Shown: in pieces, positions 60,601 to 64,000 of the stretch
Numbering within the stretch: position 1 is the stretch's first letter
Layout of the letters: the number at the start of each line of letters is the position of its first letter
Source: an uncultured Pelagibacteraceae bacterium
GTDB taxonomy: Bacteria > Pseudomonadota > Alphaproteobacteria > Pelagibacterales > Pelagibacteraceae
Direction of reading: 5' to 3'
Assembly: GCA_905612235.1 (NCBI GenBank)
Contig: CAJQRF010000011.1
Span: forward strand, 40,835 to 104,834
Length of the DNA: 64,000 nucleotides
Notes under the pieces: generated by a model
What the model was told of the DNA's origin: nothing
Seen by the model: the letters and a program-made list of their open reading frames with translations, nothing else
Database searches by the model: none
Translations under genes and position numbers: made by a program

Positions 60601-60693
60601 AGCCTACGGGATATATCAGCGGACCTAGGTGAATGTCCAGCAATTTCATCTAAAACCTATTGCCTATTTTAACTAAAATGTTAGGTTTTTAAT

Positions 60694-61890
60694 ATGACTT
60701 CTAAGCTTAATGGTCACAGAAATATATATGACGTTGTAAAAAAAGGAAAATTAGACGTTGTTAATCAACCTATAAGTAAAGCTCACGGTCTTCCTAACGA
60801 ATGTTATAATAGTAGGGAATACACAAGTATTGAAAGAAAGAAAATATTTGAAGACAAATGGATAGTTGTTGGTGTTGCTAGTTCAATCTCCAAACCTGGA
60901 GATGCAAAACCTTTTGATGTACTTGGCATTCCTTTAATTTTATTAAGAACCAAAAACAATAAAATCAAAGTATACCATAATGTGTGTAGCCACAGAGGTT
61001 ATAAAATTTTACAAAAAGAATGTTCTATTAAAAATATATTAAGATGTCCTTATCATTCTTGGTCTTATAATCTTGAAGGAAAGCTAGTAGCCACTCCTCA
61101 TTTAGGGGGAATGAATAAACACAATTCTAAAGATTTTGACAAATCTATAAATGGTCTTAAAGAAGTTCGTTCATATGTTTGGCTAGACATGATTATGGTC
61201 AATATTTCTAATAACGAAATTCCTTTTGAACAATATATTAAACCTTTACAGGATCGTTGGTCTAAGTTTTGGCCAAAAAAAGATCAGAAACTAATTCAAC
61301 ATTCAAAAGATTTAGGTTATTTTAAATTGACAGCAAAATGCAATTGGAAGTTTGCAATAGAAAATTACTGTGAAAGTTATCATCTTCCATGGGTTCACCC
61401 TGGATTAAATTCTTACTCCAAAATTAGTGATCATTATCACATTGAAGGTTTGCCTAATAAATTTGCTGGACAAGGTACCATTGTATATAACCCAAGATTT
61501 AAAGGTAAACTTAAATTTCCGTGCTTTCCTAATTGGCCTAAAGATAAATTAAATATTGCTGAATATGTTGCTCTGTTTCCAAATGTAATGCTAGGAATTC
61601 ATAAAGATCACTATTATGCTTATTGGCTGGAACCAGTTAGTCATGAATTAACTATTGAGCATATGGAAATTTATTATGTAGGAAATATAGGAGCAAATTC
61701 AAAAAAATTTAAAAATCTTAGAAAACAAAATTTTAAACTTTGGCATAGTGTACAAACTGAAGATGTTGGTATTATTGAAGGAATGCAAGAAGGAAGAAAT
61801 TCTCCTTCTTATAATGGTGGTAATTTTTCTCCAGTTATGGATAATCCAACTCATCATTTTCATAAATGGATAGCAAAGAATTTAGTTTAA
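60694..61890 (+). CDS. Rieske oxygenase alpha subunit (choline/betaine/carnitine monooxygenase-like)
   Basis: CSHRG...CPYHSW Rieske motif and NWK..ENYCESYHLPWVH mononuclear Fe site with a bridging Glu. Confidence 0.88.
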   Translation: MTSKLNGHRNIYDVVKKGKLDVVNQPISKAHGLPNECYNSREYTSIERKKIFEDKWIVVGVASSISKPGDAKPFDVLGIPLILLRTKNNKIKVYHNVCSHRGYKILQKECSIKNILRCPYHSWSYNLEGKLVATPHLGGMNKHNSKDFDKSINGLKEVRSYVWLDMIMVNISNNEIPFEQYIKPLQDRWSKFWPKKDQKLIQHSKDLGYFKLTAKCNWKFAIENYCESYHLPWVHPGLNSYSKISDHYHIEGLPNKFAGQGTIVYNPRFKGKLKFPCFPNWPKDKLNIAEYVALFPNVMLGIHKDHYYAYWLEPVSHELTIEHMEIYYVGNIGANSKKFKNLRKQNFKLWHSVQTEDVGIIEGMQEGRNSPSYNGGNFSPVMDNPTHHFHKWIAKNLV

Positions 61891-61891
61891 T

Positions 61892-62743
61892 ATGAATAAT
61901 AGATTAGAGGCTATTGTTGATCTTCATAAATATCCAATTCAGGATCTAAATTCCTCATTAATAAAAGAAGTAATCCAAAAATGTAAAAAAGATTTAAACC
62001 AGTTTAGTTGCGCAACTATTCCTGATTTTATTTTACCTAAATCTTTAAAAATCATGCACTCAGAGTTAGAAAAACAACTCGATGAAGTTTATATGTCAAA
62101 ACAAAGTATCAATGCTTATTTATATTCTAAAAATGATCCTTCCCTACCTAAAGAACACCCAAAACGAATATTTATGGATCGTTATAACGGTTATTTAAAT
62201 TCAGAAGTCTTTGATAAAGATTCAGAAATGAAATTTCTTTATGAACAAGATGAACTTTTAAAGTTTGTTTCTGCTTGTCTTGGAGTGTCACCAATCTACA
62301 GATGGGCTGATCCTTTAGCTTGTCATGCTTACAATGTTATGAATCCTGAAGGAATTCTTCCTTGGCACTTTGATAGTTGTGAATTTACTTTAAGTTTTAT
62401 GATACAAAAGCCAGAAAACGGTGGAATATTTGAGTACTGCCCTAATATACGTGAACCAGGAAATGAAAATTTAGAAGAGGTTAAAAAAGTACTTAATGGA
62501 AATCGTAAAGGAGTTCGTCAATTAAAGTTAGAGCCAGGTGATTTACAAATATTTAAAGGGCGTTTTACACTTCATCGTGTTACAAAAATAGAAGGAAGCC
62601 GCGCAAGATATCTTTGTATACCAGCTTATGTTCTGGATCCTTGGAGAGTAAATACTCCTGAACATTCAAAAGCTATATATGGAAAAGTATTACCCATTCA
62701 TATTGAAAGAAATAAGCTTAGATCGGATGGTTTAGCTGATTAA
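61892..62743 (+). CDS. BesD/HalD-like Fe(II)/2-oxoglutarate oxygenase (hydroxylase type)
   Basis: WHFD (HxD), GGIFEY and GRFTLHRVT (distal His) motifs. Confidence 0.75.
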   Translation: MNNRLEAIVDLHKYPIQDLNSSLIKEVIQKCKKDLNQFSCATIPDFILPKSLKIMHSELEKQLDEVYMSKQSINAYLYSKNDPSLPKEHPKRIFMDRYNGYLNSEVFDKDSEMKFLYEQDELLKFVSACLGVSPIYRWADPLACHAYNVMNPEGILPWHFDSCEFTLSFMIQKPENGGIFEYCPNIREPGNENLEEVKKVLNGNRKGVRQLKLEPGDLQIFKGRFTLHRVTKIEGSRARYLCIPAYVLDPWRVNTPEHSKAIYGKVLPIHIERNKLRSDGLAD

Positions 62744-63470
62744 GAAAAATATTAATGAAGCTGAATGGAAAGTAAGAGTTGATCTTGCTGCCATGTTTAG
62801 ACTAACTCACATGATGGGTTGGGATGATACTGTTTGGAATCATATAACTGCTAGAACACCTGGAACAGATCATACTTTTTTCATGCATGAATTTGGGCTT
62901 GTTTATGAAGAAATAAAAGCTTCAAATTTAATTAAAGTAGATGAAAATGGCAAAGTTTTAGAAGGACCAGAAAATGTAAATACAGCAGGTTTCATAATTC
63001 ATAGCGCAGTTCACTTAAATCATCCAAAAAATAAATTTGTTTTTCATGCCCATCCGCCAAAAGCATTAGCTGCAACATTATTAAAAGATGGAATTCCATA
63101 TTTAGTTCAGGACTCAGCAATGCTTTATGGAAAAGTGGGTTATCATAACTGGGAAGGTGTGTCGGTAGATAAAGATGAAAGATTTAGAATAGCGGAAAAT
63201 CTTGGAGAAAATAAAGTTTTAATTATGAGAAATCATGGGCTTTTAACTGTTGGAGAAACAGCGGGAGAGTCATTCATGAATATGTATTATGCCATAAGAA
63301 TGTGCGAAGTTGCGGTGCAAGCTCAAGGTTCAAATTTAAAATTAAAAACACCAGAAAAATCTTTATGGGAAAAAACTGTAAAGGCATATGATGCTTTTGC
63401 TCCAGGACCAAATGAATGGCCGGCTTTGCTCAGGAGATGCGATGCTATAGATCCATCATATAAGGAATAA
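62736..63470 (+). CDS. class II aldolase/adducin family protein
   Basis: NHITAR, GFIIHSAVH, HAH and RNHG; conserved-looking EWKVRVDLAA lies upstream of the first ATG (62793). Confidence 0.88.
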   Translation: MIKKNINEAEWKVRVDLAAMFRLTHMMGWDDTVWNHITARTPGTDHTFFMHEFGLVYEEIKASNLIKVDENGKVLEGPENVNTAGFIIHSAVHLNHPKNKFVFHAHPPKALAATLLKDGIPYLVQDSAMLYGKVGYHNWEGVSVDKDERFRIAENLGENKVLIMRNHGLLTVGETAGESFMNMYYAIRMCEVAVQAQGSNLKLKTPEKSLWEKTVKAYDAFAPGPNEWPALLRRCDAIDPSYKE

Positions 63471-63472
63471 TT

Positions 63473-64000
63473 ATGTCGAGTAGTATAAATAAAGTAACTG
63501 TTATAGGAACTGGGGTTATTGGTGCTGGGTGGATTATTAGATGCTTAGCTCATAATAAAAAAGTTGTTGCATTTGACAAAGATCTAAAATTAAAAAAAAA
63601 ACTAGTTGCTGAGATAAAACGTACTTGGCCTTATGTAAAAAAATTATTCAATAAAAAAACACTTAATTTAAAAAACTTCAAATATGTTACTTCAATAGAA
63701 GAAGCTTTGAAAGAAGCTGACTTTATACAGGAGTGTGCAACTGAAAATTATAAAATAAAAACTAAAATAATGAGTATTATTGGAAAGTACTCAAAACCTA
63801 ATGCTATAATTTCATCAAGTTCATCTGGACTGCTTCCAACAAGAATATATTCTAAATGTAAAAATCCAGCGCGAGCTATGATTGGGCACCCTTTTAATCC
63901 TGTTTATATGTGTCCAGGAGTAGAAATTGTCCCCGGTAAAAAAACTAAAAAAAAATTCCTAAATAGAGCTAATAAATTTTATAAATCAATATCGATGAAT
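63473..64000 (+). CDS. L-carnitine dehydrogenase-like (3-hydroxyacyl-CoA dehydrogenase family), partial
   Basis: Read manually: MSSSINKVTVIGTGVIGAGW..., ADFIQE, SSSSGLLP and GHPFNPVY; runs off the window end. Confidence 0.82.
   Translation, partial: MSSSINKVTVIGTGVIGAGWIIRCLAHNKKVVAFDKDLKLKKKLVAEIKRTWPYVKKLFNKKTLNLKNFKYVTSIEEALKEADFIQECATENYKIKTKIMSIIGKYSKPNAIISSSSSGLLPTRIYSKCKNPARAMIGHPFNPVYMCPGVEIVPGKKTKKKFLNRANKFYKSISMN

Noticed and set aside
61892..62743. Radical halogenase
   Set aside because: Retains the HxD carboxylate (WHFD); halogenases have HxG or HxA.
1..64000. CRISPR arrays, IS elements, prophage, rRNA or tRNA genes
   Set aside because: No spaced direct repeats, transposase/integrase/phage ORFs or tRNA/rRNA signatures were seen by eye.

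Overview
AT-rich, densely packed alphaproteobacterial chromosome segment whose gene content and very short intergenic spaces point to SAR11/Pelagibacterales (inferred from content, not from a marker gene). No rRNA, tRNA, CRISPR array, integrase, transposase or prophage gene was seen. The left half is an organosulfur region: hpsN/hpsP and a possible hpsO for DHPS, suyAB, xsc, pta, aprM-aprB-aprA, a TauE exporter, a small cytochrome c, a mini APS-kinase plus HxGH nucleotidyltransferase pair, and cysQ, with no sat in the window. It is interleaved with ccm genes, allantoin catabolism genes and ispH. The right half holds mnmA, recX, HU, rseP, a TPP-riboswitch-led thiV-like symporter, an Fe3+ ABC transporter behind tandem Fur-like boxes, acuI, folE, hisI, ETF/ETF-QO, and a methylamine/betaine/carnitine-type cluster. 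The most notable items not explained by the ORF track are: (1) a ~180-nt highly structured minus-strand RNA with a predicted kissing loop downstream of mnmA; (2) a 27-aa Arg/Lys-rich microprotein with its own promoter and RBS; (3) a possible Sat-independent route for APS; (4) remnants of blh and of a GMC oxidoreductase; (5) frameshifted small genes; and (6) a TPP riboswitch with a diverged pyrophosphate-sensing arm. All family calls come from motif recognition by eye; no searches were run.
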